DNA of 64,000 nucleotides, taken from the IMG/VR virus record IMGVR_UViG_3300012357_000001, positions 1-64,000 of that record; one strand, given 5' to 3'. Within the stretch, counting starts at the first letter, position 1, and each line of letters begins with the position of its first letter. A program made the position numbers and the translations under genes. Source of the DNA: a virus. The notes under the pieces are model-generated. The model saw nothing but the letters and a program-made list of their open reading frames with translations, had not been told where the DNA came from and ran no database searches. Of this stretch, positions 1 to 9,400 are shown one piece after another.

Positions 1-651
1 CCGCGCGTGGTGTTCACCCACGAGCGCGCGATGGCGATCATGGTCTCCGACGAGATGCGCCGCCGTCAGACCATCGACCCGGTGACCCGCCAGCTGCTGC
101 AGGTCAAGAACACGATGGTCTACAGCTGGAACACGGCTTTCTACTCCGCCGTGGTGGCCAACGCCTCGATCCAGACCCTCGCCGTGTCGAACGCCTGGTC
201 GTCCGCCTCGGCGACGATCCGCGCCGACATCGCCCAGGGCTGCTACCTGGTGGAGAACGCCAACATCGTGAGCCCCTCCGGGGTCACGCAGTGGCTTGGC
301 TTCGAAGCCGACACGCTGATCATCAACCACGGCACGAAGAACACGCTGCTGCAGAGCAGCACGTTCGCCGCGCCGTACATCGGCGACATCGCGTCGGAGA
401 ACCTGCTGTACACGGGCATGCTGCCGCAGAAGATCTTCAACCTGGACACGCTGGTCTCCCGGCAGGTCCCGGCTGGCAACGCGATCATCATGCAGCGGCA
501 CCGCGCCGGTTTCTACGCCGACGAGCTGCCGTTCCTCGCGGGTCCGCTGTACCGGGACGAGCCCCGCAAGACCTGGCGGTCGGACACGCAGCGGGCCAGC
601 GCCATCGGCCTGGACCAGCCGCTCGCCGTCTGCCTTCTGTCGGGGGTGTGA
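1..651 (+). CDS. putative major capsid protein, C-terminal 216 codons (5' end outside window)
   Basis: Frame open from nt 1, stop at 649-651, strong GC3 bias. Lies just upstream of head-tail joining genes. The call is positional; no diagnostic motif recognised. Confidence 0.45.
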   Translation, partial: PRVVFTHERAMAIMVSDEMRRRQTIDPVTRQLLQVKNTMVYSWNTAFYSAVVANASIQTLAVSNAWSSASATIRADIAQGCYLVENANIVSPSGVTQWLGFEADTLIINHGTKNTLLQSSTFAAPYIGDIASENLLYTGMLPQKIFNLDTLVSRQVPAGNAIIMQRHRAGFYADELPFLAGPLYRDEPRKTWRSDTQRASAIGLDQPLAVCLLSGV

Positions 652-653
652 GG

Positions 654-1049
654 ATGCCGCGCTGGCAGGCACTGATGAACATCTCGTTGCCCCGCAAGGG
701 CGACGTCGACAAGCAGTCCGACCTGATCACGCCCGGCGAGACGTTCGAGGCGGACGAGTCCCGGGTGCAGAACCTGCTCAACCCGAAGTACGGTCCGCCG
801 CGGATCCGCCGGATCGAGGAGCAGAGCCAGGAGATGCCGCAGATCCTGCCGCGGATGCTCTCCAACCGGCAGTTCGGCCCCCCGGCCGGTGTCCGTCCGG
901 ACCCCGGCGGCTCCAGCGGCGTCCAGGTTCTGCAGAAGATCCCGGAGATGGCCGAGCCGCAGCCGGACAGCGAGCAGAAGCCGATGGAGGAAGCGGTGGA
1001 CCTGCCGCCGCGGCGTGCCCGCGCGGGAGCGCGTGCCGGGACCGGGTGA
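654..1049 (+). CDS. hypothetical protein (virion module)
   Basis: ATG 654 follows the upstream stop by 3 nt. In-frame C-terminal part of track ORF 291..1049. High GC3, Pro/Glu-rich tail. Confidence 0.55.
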   Translation: MPRWQALMNISLPRKGDVDKQSDLITPGETFEADESRVQNLLNPKYGPPRIRRIEEQSQEMPQILPRMLSNRQFGPPAGVRPDPGGSSGVQVLQKIPEMAEPQPDSEQKPMEEAVDLPPRRARAGARAGTG

Positions 1050-1057
1050 GGTGAGCC

Positions 1058-1717
1058 GTGGCGTCGTCTGGGATTCCGAGCGAGCCGGTGGCCGCCGTGG
1101 TGGTCTGTCCGCGGTGCGGTACTCGCGTGCGGCACAACATGGTCAACATCAACGGGACCATCTCCCGGTGTGCTGGCTGTGAGTGGCAGTTCACGCCCGG
1201 CCTGGTGACCGTCGGATCCGCACCCGGCGTTCCCGCCAGCGGCACGGCGACCACCAACCTGGTCACCAACACCAAGGGCTCGATCGTCATCGTGACCCTG
1301 AGCGGGTTCACGCTGACCTTCGTCTACGTCAACGGCGTCCAGGTCGGCACCACCAACGCGGCCTACGCCGTGCCCGCAGGCGGCACCATCTCGGTCACGT
1401 ACTCCGTGGTCGGCACATGGACGTGGGTCCTACCCGTCAGCAACGGCTCGGTGGCGGCCAACGCGGTGGCGCTCCCGATCGCCGCGGGCGGAGCCGCGTT
1501 CACGGCTGGCGAGTCGCTGTACTTCAGCGACGCCGCGCTGTCGGAGATCGTGACCGTCGGCTCAGGCTCGACCGCGACCTCGATCGTGATCGCGGCCCCC
1601 GGTTTCGCGAACGCCCACAACACCGCCAAGAGCTTCGGCGATCTGGTGCTCACCTCCGCCTACTCCGGTTCCGGGGTCGGCGAGGCTGTCCCGGCCGCGC
1701 CAGGCTGGGGGTTCTGA
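1058..1717 (+). CDS. zinc-ribbon protein with beta-rich domain (virion module)
   Basis: GTG start. N-terminal CPRCG...CAGC zinc ribbon. A central segment of about 60 aa is paralogous to the product of 3192..3614. Confidence 0.7.
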   Translation: MASSGIPSEPVAAVVVCPRCGTRVRHNMVNINGTISRCAGCEWQFTPGLVTVGSAPGVPASGTATTNLVTNTKGSIVIVTLSGFTLTFVYVNGVQVGTTNAAYAVPAGGTISVTYSVVGTWTWVLPVSNGSVAANAVALPIAAGGAAFTAGESLYFSDAALSEIVTVGSGSTATSIVIAAPGFANAHNTAKSFGDLVLTSAYSGSGVGEAVPAAPGWGF

Positions 1718-2037
1718 TGGCGATCAACCGCTACCGCCTGAACTCCAAGATCACGGTGACGTCTGGGACGTTCCTCCCGGACGACAACAACTCCGGCACG
1801 GCGTCCACCGCCGTCGGCGTCGGCGCGCCCGCGAACTTCGGTACCGGCAGCTACGGTCCCGCAGGCGTGGGCACATGGGGCAGCGGAGCTGGCGCGGCCG
1901 GTGGGTCGACTACGTGGCTGCAGGGCATGGAGCTGCTGCTCGATCCGGCTGGCAAGCTCTACACTGCGATCGGCGCGGGAAATTTGACCCAGATCACCTC
2001 GGCCGACGACGTCGGACACTCCGGCCTGAGCAACTGA
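1717..2037 (+). CDS. hypothetical Gly-rich protein
   Basis: ATG shares 1 nt with the upstream TGA. Residue 179 onward of track ORF 1183..2037. High GC3. Confidence 0.55.
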   Translation: MAINRYRLNSKITVTSGTFLPDDNNSGTASTAVGVGAPANFGTGSYGPAGVGTWGSGAGAAGGSTTWLQGMELLLDPAGKLYTAIGAGNLTQITSADDVGHSGLSN

Positions 2038-2049
2038 GAGGAGCGGACC

Positions 2050-2346
2050 GTGCCAGCAGCGAGCAGCAAGCAGCCTGATGAGGGCAGCAAGCAGGAAGCT
2101 GAAGACCCCCGCGATGCGCGGATCGTCGAACTGGAGAAGCAGCTGGCCGCTCTTCGACGTTCACCGGCGGCGACTGTCAACGGCCTTCCGGTGCGCCTGA
2201 AGGTCGAACCGCCCCACTCGGAGCTGCACTTCGCTGGACGGATCATCGGCACCGAGTACACCGAGGTCCCCGCGGGCATGGCTGCTGCGTACGTGCAGGC
2301 CGCAGCCGACGCAGGCGTGACCCTTACTCAGGATCTGGAGGGCTGA
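2050..2346 (+). CDS. hypothetical protein
   Basis: Track ORF with GTG start, short coiled-coil-like N-terminus (IVELEKQLAALR), tightly packed with neighbours. Confidence 0.55.
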   Translation: MPAASSKQPDEGSKQEAEDPRDARIVELEKQLAALRRSPAATVNGLPVRLKVEPPHSELHFAGRIIGTEYTEVPAGMAAAYVQAAADAGVTLTQDLEG

Positions 2347-2347
2347 C

Positions 2348-2956
2348 ATGCCCGGTCCGCCTCTTGTCTACTCGCCGCCGAACTACACCACCACCAACGT
2401 CATCTACGGGACTGGCATCCTGTTCACCGCGGCCACCGGCACCTCGGTCCCGTCCGATCAGAACCTGGGCGTGGGCAGTTCGTGGACCGGCCTAGGCTGG
2501 GCGTACGTCGGCGCCACCGAGGCCGGAGTCACGGTCACGTTCAACCCGACCACGCAGAACATCATGATCGAGGAGCAGCCGACGCCGGTCGGCGTGTCCG
2601 TCAACACCGCCGACCTGCAGGTCACCACCTCGCTGACAGAGGAGACTCTGGCCAACGTCAACCTCGCCTACGGCAACTGCGGATCGATCGCAGTCACGCC
2701 GCCCGGCGCGGGCCAGCCAGGCAAGTCGGTGCTGACGCTGTCCACCACCTTCACGAACGTGGCGGTCGCGGTGGTCGGCAAGAACCTGTACGGATTCGCC
2801 CGGGTGGTCTACATCCCCACCGTCGTCTCCGCAGGCCAGGTTCAGACCGCCTACCGGCGCGCGGCACAGCAGCGGATCTACCCGCTGACCCTGACGGCGA
2901 TCTGCCCGTTCAACCAGATCACCTACACCGACCTGACCGCAATCGCGACGTCATAA
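2348..2956 (+). CDS. virion structural protein with tail-tube-like sequence pattern (role uncertain)
   Basis: 202-aa beta-rich ORF. The pattern GATEAGVTVTFNPTTQNI...LTEETLANVNLAYG resembles siphovirus tube-type proteins, but the gene lies upstream of the head-tail adaptor. Confidence 0.55.
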   Translation: MPGPPLVYSPPNYTTTNVIYGTGILFTAATGTSVPSDQNLGVGSSWTGLGWAYVGATEAGVTVTFNPTTQNIMIEEQPTPVGVSVNTADLQVTTSLTEETLANVNLAYGNCGSIAVTPPGAGQPGKSVLTLSTTFTNVAVAVVGKNLYGFARVVYIPTVVSAGQVQTAYRRAAQQRIYPLTLTAICPFNQITYTDLTAIATS

Positions 2957-2961
2957 GGAGC

Positions 2962-3192
2962 ATGGCGATGGGCGCGAACGTACGGATGGTGACCGTGGAC
3001 ACGACGTTCACCTACGACGGTGCCAGTCAGCGGATCCAGGCTGGCACCGTGGTCGACGTCCCGGTCGGCAGTGCGCTGGAGACGGCGATCGGCACCGGCA
3101 ACATGGTCAGTCTGTCCGTCGCACAGGACGTCATCGATGCCGGAGGCGGCGCGCCCTCGGACAACCCGGATTCGGGAGGAGGCACCAGCTGA
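2962..3192 (+). CDS. hypothetical protein
   Basis: RBS aaggag at 2955-2960. ATG at 2962, or 2968 with better spacing. C-terminal part of track ORF 2482..3192. Confidence 0.55.
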   Translation: MAMGANVRMVTVDTTFTYDGASQRIQAGTVVDVPVGSALETAIGTGNMVSLSVAQDVIDAGGGAPSDNPDSGGGTS

Positions 3193-3614
3193 TGTCAGTT
3201 CCGACTCCGGCTGTCCCGCTGACCACTGTGAAGGTCGCCAACACGACCGGCCAGACCGTGCGGGTCGCGCTCACGGGCGGCACGTCGACCTTCATCTACA
3301 CCTACGACCAGTCGGGCAACCAGACGCAGGTCGGCACCACTACGCCGCAGAACGTCCTGCTGCCGCCCGGCTACTCGATCTCGGTGACCTTCTCGGCCGC
3401 GCCGACCTGGGCGTGGACCGACCCGTACGACGTGTCGGACTACCCGCCCGTCTACTCGCAGCCGAATCTGATCACCGCGCAGGCCTCGCCGAACAACATC
3501 CTGCAGCAGCTGCCCGGCAACATCTGGGCGCCGACCCGCAGCCTGGCGGGCGGCACCGGCTGCTGGTCCGGCACCGGCTCGGCGACCGGGCTAGCGGTGG
3601 GAGTGAGCAACTGA
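3192..3614 (+). CDS. hypothetical beta-rich protein, domain paralogous to 1058..1717
   Basis: Track ORF. The segment VKVANTTGQTVRVALTGGTSTFIYTY...QVGTT...PPGYSISVTFSAAPTWAWT aligns with 1058..1717. Confidence 0.65.
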   Translation: MSVPTPAVPLTTVKVANTTGQTVRVALTGGTSTFIYTYDQSGNQTQVGTTTPQNVLLPPGYSISVTFSAAPTWAWTDPYDVSDYPPVYSQPNLITAQASPNNILQQLPGNIWAPTRSLAGGTGCWSGTGSATGLAVGVSN

Positions 3615-3615
3615 C

Positions 3616-3789
3616 ATGGCGCCGCGGACGGTAGGCAGCATCACGGTCCCGGGCTTCGTCTGGACGATCTTCTGGCTGCTGATCGTGATCCTTCTGATCA
3701 TCCTGGTGGCGTACATCATCCACCAGGCAGGCGGCGGAGCCCTGTCCCTGCACCTCGGGCACTTCTCCTTCGACATCGGTGTGACATGA
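3616..3789 (+). CDS. small membrane protein (57 aa)
   Basis: Translated by hand; below the track size cut-off. One clear TM helix (FVWTIFWLLIVILLIILVAYII). Its TGA overlaps ATG 3786 (ATGA). Confidence 0.4.
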   Translation: MAPRTVGSITVPGFVWTIFWLLIVILLIILVAYIIHQAGGGALSLHLGHFSFDIGVT

Positions 3790-4319
3790 CCACCCTGTAC
3801 GCGACGCTCGCCGACCTCCGGCTGACCATGGACAGCACCGACGCCGGTTCCGGCACCGCGGCGCAGCTGAGCGACGCACAGCTCACCCTCGCGCTGCAGG
3901 CCGCGTCCAACCGGGTCAGCGTGTACGCGGGCAACGTCTTCGACAGCTCCACGCCGCAGGCCGTACCGCCTGCCATCTTCCATGACCTGACCCTCGACCT
4001 GGCCACGTTCTGGGCGACCGTCACCTACATGAAGAGCAAGGTGCTGGCGGTCGACCACCCGGTCATGCTGCGGTACAAGGACGCACAGGGCATCCTCAAC
4101 GCCGTGCGCGACGGCAACCTGCGGCTCGACGTCGCGATCCCCGGCGGAGTCGGCGAAGTGCCCGGCGTAGTGATCAACAGGATTCCGAGCATCTTCAACG
4201 GGGACGACTCGAACACCACGATCAACCCGATGACCGGCGGCCTGCAGGCCGACGTGCCGTCGGACATGTGGCGGCCCGGGTACTCCGACATCTCGGGAAG
4301 CACGTGGTACCAGGGATGA
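3786..4319 (+). CDS. head-tail adaptor (gp6-like)
   Basis: The N-terminus MTTLYATLADLR... and the size are typical of gp6-type head-tail connector proteins. Positioned before the tail genes. Confidence 0.65.
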   Translation: MTTLYATLADLRLTMDSTDAGSGTAAQLSDAQLTLALQAASNRVSVYAGNVFDSSTPQAVPPAIFHDLTLDLATFWATVTYMKSKVLAVDHPVMLRYKDAQGILNAVRDGNLRLDVAIPGGVGEVPGVVINRIPSIFNGDDSNTTINPMTGGLQADVPSDMWRPGYSDISGSTWYQG

Positions 4320-4846
4320 CCTCGACGTTCGCCGATCAGATCGCACAGCTGCGGGAGATGACCGGCAGCTCCGAAGGCATGATCCGAGCCAGCGTCGAGG
4401 TCAACCAGGTGTACGCCCACTACCAGCACGAGCACCTGGAGTTCCACCACCCGCGCGGCGGCCAGGCGAAGTTCCTCGAGCAGCCGTTCCTCACGCACTA
4501 CCGGGAATACCTGGACGACTACGCGCACACCGTGCTGCACGACGGCGGCCAGGAGGCGATGAAGCGCTCGGCCGAGCACCTGTCCGACCAGGTCGAGCTG
4601 AGCGCTCCGCGCGAGTGGGGCGACCTGCTCAAGTCCGGCCACCCGCAGGTGCACCTCGGTGCGCGCGAGATCTACGACCGGCCGCCGAAGGTGCACCGGC
4701 TCACCAAGGAGGAGCTGCGGGCCAAGAGCCGCGCCACCCTCCGGGCACGGCTGGCGGCGGGCCTCACGGTCTACTTCATGCGCAACGGCAAGGTCATGCG
4801 CATCCCCGGGAAGAACGAGCCCCACGGGCTGCGGGGTCGGCTGTGA
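4316..4846 (+). CDS. head-tail joining / head closure protein (HK97 gp10-like position)
   Basis: ATGA overlap with the adaptor gene. M17 of track ORF 4268..4846. Call from synteny and size. Confidence 0.5.
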   Translation: MTSTFADQIAQLREMTGSSEGMIRASVEVNQVYAHYQHEHLEFHHPRGGQAKFLEQPFLTHYREYLDDYAHTVLHDGGQEAMKRSAEHLSDQVELSAPREWGDLLKSGHPQVHLGAREIYDRPPKVHRLTKEELRAKSRATLRARLAAGLTVYFMRNGKVMRIPGKNEPHGLRGRL

Positions 4847-5253
4847 CCGCGCAGACGAAGGTCATCATGGACTGGATCATCTCGATCGGCTGGGACGACC
4901 GGCAGGAGTCGGGCTACCCGCTGCTGCCCGGCCCGGAGATCCTGGAAGAGCCGGACAAGGTCGTGCACATCACCGGCTCCGGCGGCCCGGGGTATCTCAC
5001 CGAGGAGCCCGCCACCGACGGCTGGGCCTTCCAGGCACGGGTCCGCGGGCCGTCCGACGACCCGCTCGCCGCCGAGGACGCGGCACGGCAGCTGGACGCG
5101 ATGATCCTGGGTGCGAACTTCCCGACTACCGTGGACGGCGTGCACATCCAGCACGTGCACCGGCTGTCGGCACGGCCTGCTCCGCTTCCCCTCGACCCGG
5201 CGGACCGCCGCTTCGAGTACACCTGCAACTACGTGATGATCGCGGGAGTGTGA
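4843..5253 (+). CDS. tail terminator / tail completion-like protein
   Basis: GTGA overlap start (alternative ATG at 4867). Lies directly upstream of the tube candidate. Positional call. Confidence 0.45.
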   Translation: MTAQTKVIMDWIISIGWDDRQESGYPLLPGPEILEEPDKVVHITGSGGPGYLTEEPATDGWAFQARVRGPSDDPLAAEDAARQLDAMILGANFPTTVDGVHIQHVHRLSARPAPLPLDPADRRFEYTCNYVMIAGV

Positions 5254-5256
5254 GAC

Positions 5257-5742
5257 ATGTCTGCACGAGTAGCCGTCCTGCCGGTTCCCTTCAACCTGGG
5301 CGCGAACGGCAGTGCATTCCCGGTCGCCCCGGCGGCGGGTGTCGACGCGGTGGGGGCCGGTGGCACGGCGTTCGCCACCGCGTGGCCCGGCGTGATCTCG
5401 GGTGTGATCATCCCGAACAACGGCCAGGTCATGCTGTACTACGTGTGCGGGGCCACGCTCGCTGGTGCCACCCAGGTGCTCGTCGGCGACCTGGTCGGCG
5501 GTACGGGGCAAGTCCTCCCGGCAACGGCCTACCCATACACGATCGCGGCCAACTCGTCCGGCTGGCTGGGCCCGTGGTCACCGGCCACGTTCAATCAGCA
5601 GGCCCCGGCGAACGTGACGTACGCCGGAGCGATCAACGCCACGGCACTGACCGCCGCCGCGCAGGGCTGCGTCGTGGTCGACTTCACTACCACGACCACC
5701 CTGTCCGTCCGTGCGTACTCGCTGACCCCCATACAGCCGTAG
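5257..5742 (+). CDS. major tail (tube) protein candidate
   Basis: 161-aa beta-rich ORF immediately upstream of the chaperone pair and tape measure gene, which is the canonical synteny. Confidence 0.5.
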   Translation: MSARVAVLPVPFNLGANGSAFPVAPAAGVDAVGAGGTAFATAWPGVISGVIIPNNGQVMLYYVCGATLAGATQVLVGDLVGGTGQVLPATAYPYTIAANSSGWLGPWSPATFNQQAPANVTYAGAINATALTAAAQGCVVVDFTTTTTLSVRAYSLTPIQP

Positions 5743-5750
5743 GAGCCGCT

Positions 5751-6200
5751 ATGCCGAAATTCGATGCCGGAGCCGTAGTCGAGCCTCTCGACTACGACTT
5801 CACCACGGTCCGCGGCTACTCGCGCAAGTCGGCGAAGGGCACGATCACCGAGCCCAGCGACGAGAAGATCGCAGCCTTCCTCACCAGTCTTCGCGACACG
5901 ATGAAGGAGGCCGGAACGATCGTCGGGAACGGAGTCGGAGACGTCACCGACCCGACGGCCTTCTTCGGACAGCTCGACTCCTACGACCCGGAGAAGCTGC
6001 TCGGCGTGTTCCGCGGGCTGGCCACCGCCTACGCCGCCCTGTGCTCGGGGCACCCGTCAGCCGAGGAGATCATGGATCTGCCGCTGCGGGTCCGGGTCAA
6101 GTTCTTCGCCTGGCTGCAGGAGGAAGTGGTATCCCCGGAAGCCGGTCCCGGCGCTGGGATCGCGGCGGTGATTCCGCTTCGATCCGCAGCCGCCGGGTGA
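5751..6200 (+). CDS. tail assembly chaperone (gpG-like)
   Basis: RBS aggag at 5741-5745. Last 149 codons of track ORF 4659..6200. Lies directly upstream of the tape measure gene, with an overlapping -1 frame ORF. Confidence 0.65.
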   Translation: MPKFDAGAVVEPLDYDFTTVRGYSRKSAKGTITEPSDEKIAAFLTSLRDTMKEAGTIVGNGVGDVTDPTAFFGQLDSYDPEKLLGVFRGLATAYAALCSGHPSAEEIMDLPLRVRVKFFAWLQEEVVSPEAGPGAGIAAVIPLRSAAAG

Positions 6201-6469
6201 TCCTCTGCGTCGTCAGGCGCTACCTGGGCATCAGCCCGACCGAATGGGACTCGCTGGGCTGGGACTACCAGCAGATGTATCTGGACCACCTCGATGCGGA
6301 TGAGGAGATACCGTTCCACATCGATACGCCGACCCCCGGTGAGTCTTCGGGTGACGTAGGCCCGGCAACCAGGGAGAATGTGGACATCGGTGCGTCCGTG
6401 CTGGACCTTAACGCCATGCGCGCCGATCTCGAGGAGGCACGGAAGAGACGGAGAGGCGGTCCTGACTGA
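6197..6469 (+). CDS. tail assembly chaperone, -1 frame segment (gpT-like): frameshift extension or independently started
   Basis: The -1 frame relative to 5751..6200 is open from 6041 and protein-like (ISPTEWDSLGWDYQQMYLDHLDADEEIPF). GTG 6197 overlaps the upstream stop (GTGA). Ends 1 nt into the tape measure ATG. Confidence 0.5.
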   Translation: MILCVVRRYLGISPTEWDSLGWDYQQMYLDHLDADEEIPFHIDTPTPGESSGDVGPATRENVDIGASVLDLNAMRADLEEARKRRRGGPD

Positions 6470-9400
6470 TGTCGTTCGACGCTGGCAGCATCGAAGCCTC
6501 CCTGACCGTCCGCCTCGAACAGTTCAACCGCGACCTGGACAAGGCCGAGGCGCGTGTCCGCAAGATCGAGGCGGGCACGCACGAGGTCAAGGTATCCGCC
6601 GTCTTCGACACGGCCTCGATGACCCGGGCCCGCAAGATGTTCGCCGACCTGGACCAGCAGGTCTCCCGGGACGCGTCGATGCGGCTGCGCACCAGTCCGC
6701 AGGGGTCTGTGCTCGGCTCACTCAACGCGCTGTTCTCCCCGCACCCGGTAACGGGCTCTCCGACCGCCCAGCAGGCCGGGCAGCAGGGTCTGCTCGGCAA
6801 GATGTTCGCCACACCCGGCGGAGGCGGTGGCGGTACCGCCGGTGGTCCAGGAGGCGGCAACGCGGGCGGCGGCATCTTCGGCGGCGGCGGTTTCCTGTCC
6901 GGGATCCTCGGCCGGATCACGGGCGGCGGCGGGGCGTCCGACAAGGCTGCCATGGCCGCCGCCGCAGCGCAGACGAAGGCCGCCAAGGACATGGCGGACA
7001 ACTCCAAGCAGCAGACGTCACTGCTGCAGAAGGCACTGGCCGGAGACCGGTCCGGGGGTGGTTTCGCCAAGGGCCTGGCGGGCGGGATCGGTCCGGGGAT
7101 CCTCGGCATCGGGGCGAAGGCCACCGGGATCATCGCGGGGGGCGGGTCGCTGCTCGGCGCGCTACCCGCCACGTTCGCGGGCCTGGGCGCTCTCGGCATC
7201 GGCGGGATCGGGATCGGAGCCAGCGCGGCTCTGTTCAAGGGCATCCAGTCCCAGATCGCACCGGCCAGCGGGCTGTCCAGCCAGATCCAGGCGCAGCAGG
7301 CCGCCGGGCTCGGCTCGACCGCCGCGGGCGCCAAGACGATTGCCGGAGAGCAGAAGCAGCTCGCGGTCTCCCTGGCCGCCCTCAGCCCGGCCATGCGCTC
7401 CATCTACAACTCCGAGCAGCAGATCCAGAACACCTGGCAGAGTTTCACCGCCTCGTTCGCACCGCTGTTCGCCGGGGCCATGTCCTCGGTGGCCAGCGTG
7501 TTCCAGCGGCTGCAGCCCGCGCTCCAGGGCTTCTTCGGCAACGCGACCAAGCTTGTCCAGCCCTTTATACAAGGACTCGGCGACGTAGCACAGCAGATCC
7601 TGCCGCTGCTCGGCCAGGCGTTCGCCGCCGTCGCGCCGCTGATGCGCCCCATGCTCGACGGACTCGGCGGCCTGATCTCCGGACTGCTCCCCGGCTTGAT
7701 CACGCTGCTGAAGGGAGCGCAGCCAGCGGTAAACGCCCTGTTCGGAGGGCTGTCGATCATCGGCAAGGGGCTCGGGCAGATGTTCACAGCCTTCGCACCA
7801 GTGATCAAGGCTAGCGCTATTGTCCTGAATTCACTCCTGTCCGTCCTGTCCGCCCTGTTCCCGATCATCGGCCAGCTGGCAGCGATCTTCGCCTCGGCGC
7901 TGGCCCCTGTGTTCTCCGCCTTCGCCGGAACGATCAAGTCCCTGCTGCCGTTCCTGGCCATCGTCGGAAAGGTGCTGGCCTCCCTGGCGGGCGCCATCCT
8001 GGGTGATCTTGTATCCGCGTTCACCGCCCTGGCCCAGCTGCTGACCAACATCGCGCCCGGACTGAAGATCTTCGCGGACGTACTGTCGCAGGCCTTTGTC
8101 GTACTGGAGAACAGCGGGGTGTTCGCCGTGATCGGCAACGCCCTGGAGGCGATCGTCAAGCCGCTGGGTGCCTTGATCAATCTGCTTCTGCAGCAGCTGG
8201 CTCCGATACTGCCCGTGATCATCACTCTGATATCGCAGTTCGCCACGATCTTGGTCACCCTGCTGGCCGCCGGGCTGACCTCCATCCTGGAGGGGATCAC
8301 CTGGCTGCTGACCAAGATGCCCTGGCTGGTGCCGCTGATCGCCGCCGTGACCGCCGGGGTCTGGCTGTTCAACCTCGCCCTGGCGGCCAACCCCATCGGG
8401 CTGGTCGTGATCGCGATCGTCGGCCTGGTCGGGGCGATCACCCTGCTGGTCGTGCACTGGAAGCAGGTCTGGGGTGACATCAAGGCCTGGGCTGCGGACG
8501 CCTGGAACTTCATCTACAACGGCTTCGGCAAGTTCCTGCTGCCGCTGCTCGGGCCGGTCGGCCTGATCGCCCTGGGCGCCATCGAGCTCTACAAGCACTG
8601 GGCTCAGATCTGGGGTGACATCAAACAGGTCGGACTCGATTTCGGCCGGTGGTTCTGGGATGACTTCGGCGTGAAGATCATGCACTTCATCACCAAGACC
8701 GTGCCGAGCTGGTTCGACACGGGCGTGTCCGCGATCAAGACCGCCTGGGGCAAGATCGAACAGATCTTCAAGGACCCGATCAACTTCCTGATCAAGACCG
8801 TGTACGACAACGGGATCGAGCGGTTCTGGAACGACGTGATGGGTGCGATCGGCGGGCCCAAGCTGCCATACGTCCAACCGCTGGCTGCAGGCGGAATGAT
8901 CACGTCCGGCACCGGACCGACCGCCGACGACGTGCTGATCCGCGCCAGCCGCGGCGAGACCGTCGTGTCGGCCGCCCACTCGCGCATGCTCGCACCGTTG
9001 TTCGCGGCCGTGGGCGTTCCCGGTTACGCGACCGGCGGAGTCGTCGGCAGCATCCTCTCGTCCATCGCAACGGGCAGTCTGGGAGCCCTGTCCGGCGAGC
9101 TTCTCAAGCTGGTCGGCGTCGACTCGAACACGACCGGCGACCTGGCCAAGATGTTCACCCTGATCCCGAAGAAGATCGTAAGCACCGCCATGAGCTACGC
9201 CCTGGGCGTCCTGGGAGGCGGCGGCGGCAGCGGTGTCGGCCCGGGAGTCGGCAGCGGTGGCGGAGTGGCGGCGAACGCGGCGCTGGCGAGGGTGCTGTAC
9301 CCCGCGTGGGCGACCGGGCAGAACTGGATCAACTGGAACTACGTCGCGATGCGGGAGAGCGGCTGGTCCAACACCGCGATGAACCCGTCCTCCGGCGCGT

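Noticed and set aside
4659-6200. The 513-aa track ORF covering four annotated genes, as one large protein.
   Set aside because: Only its last 149 codons (from ATG 5751, with an AGGAG RBS) are protein-like. The upstream part is the wrong frame of the head-tail and tube genes.
6120-6200. Search for a canonical X-XXY-YYZ slippery heptamer for the chaperone frameshift.
   Set aside because: Reading the zero frame codon by codon (GAG GAA GTG GTA TCC CCG GAA GCC GGT CCC GGC GCT GGG ATC GCG GCG GTG ATT CCG CTT CGA TCC GCA GCC GCC GGG TGA) gave no heptamer of the required form. No slip site is asserted.
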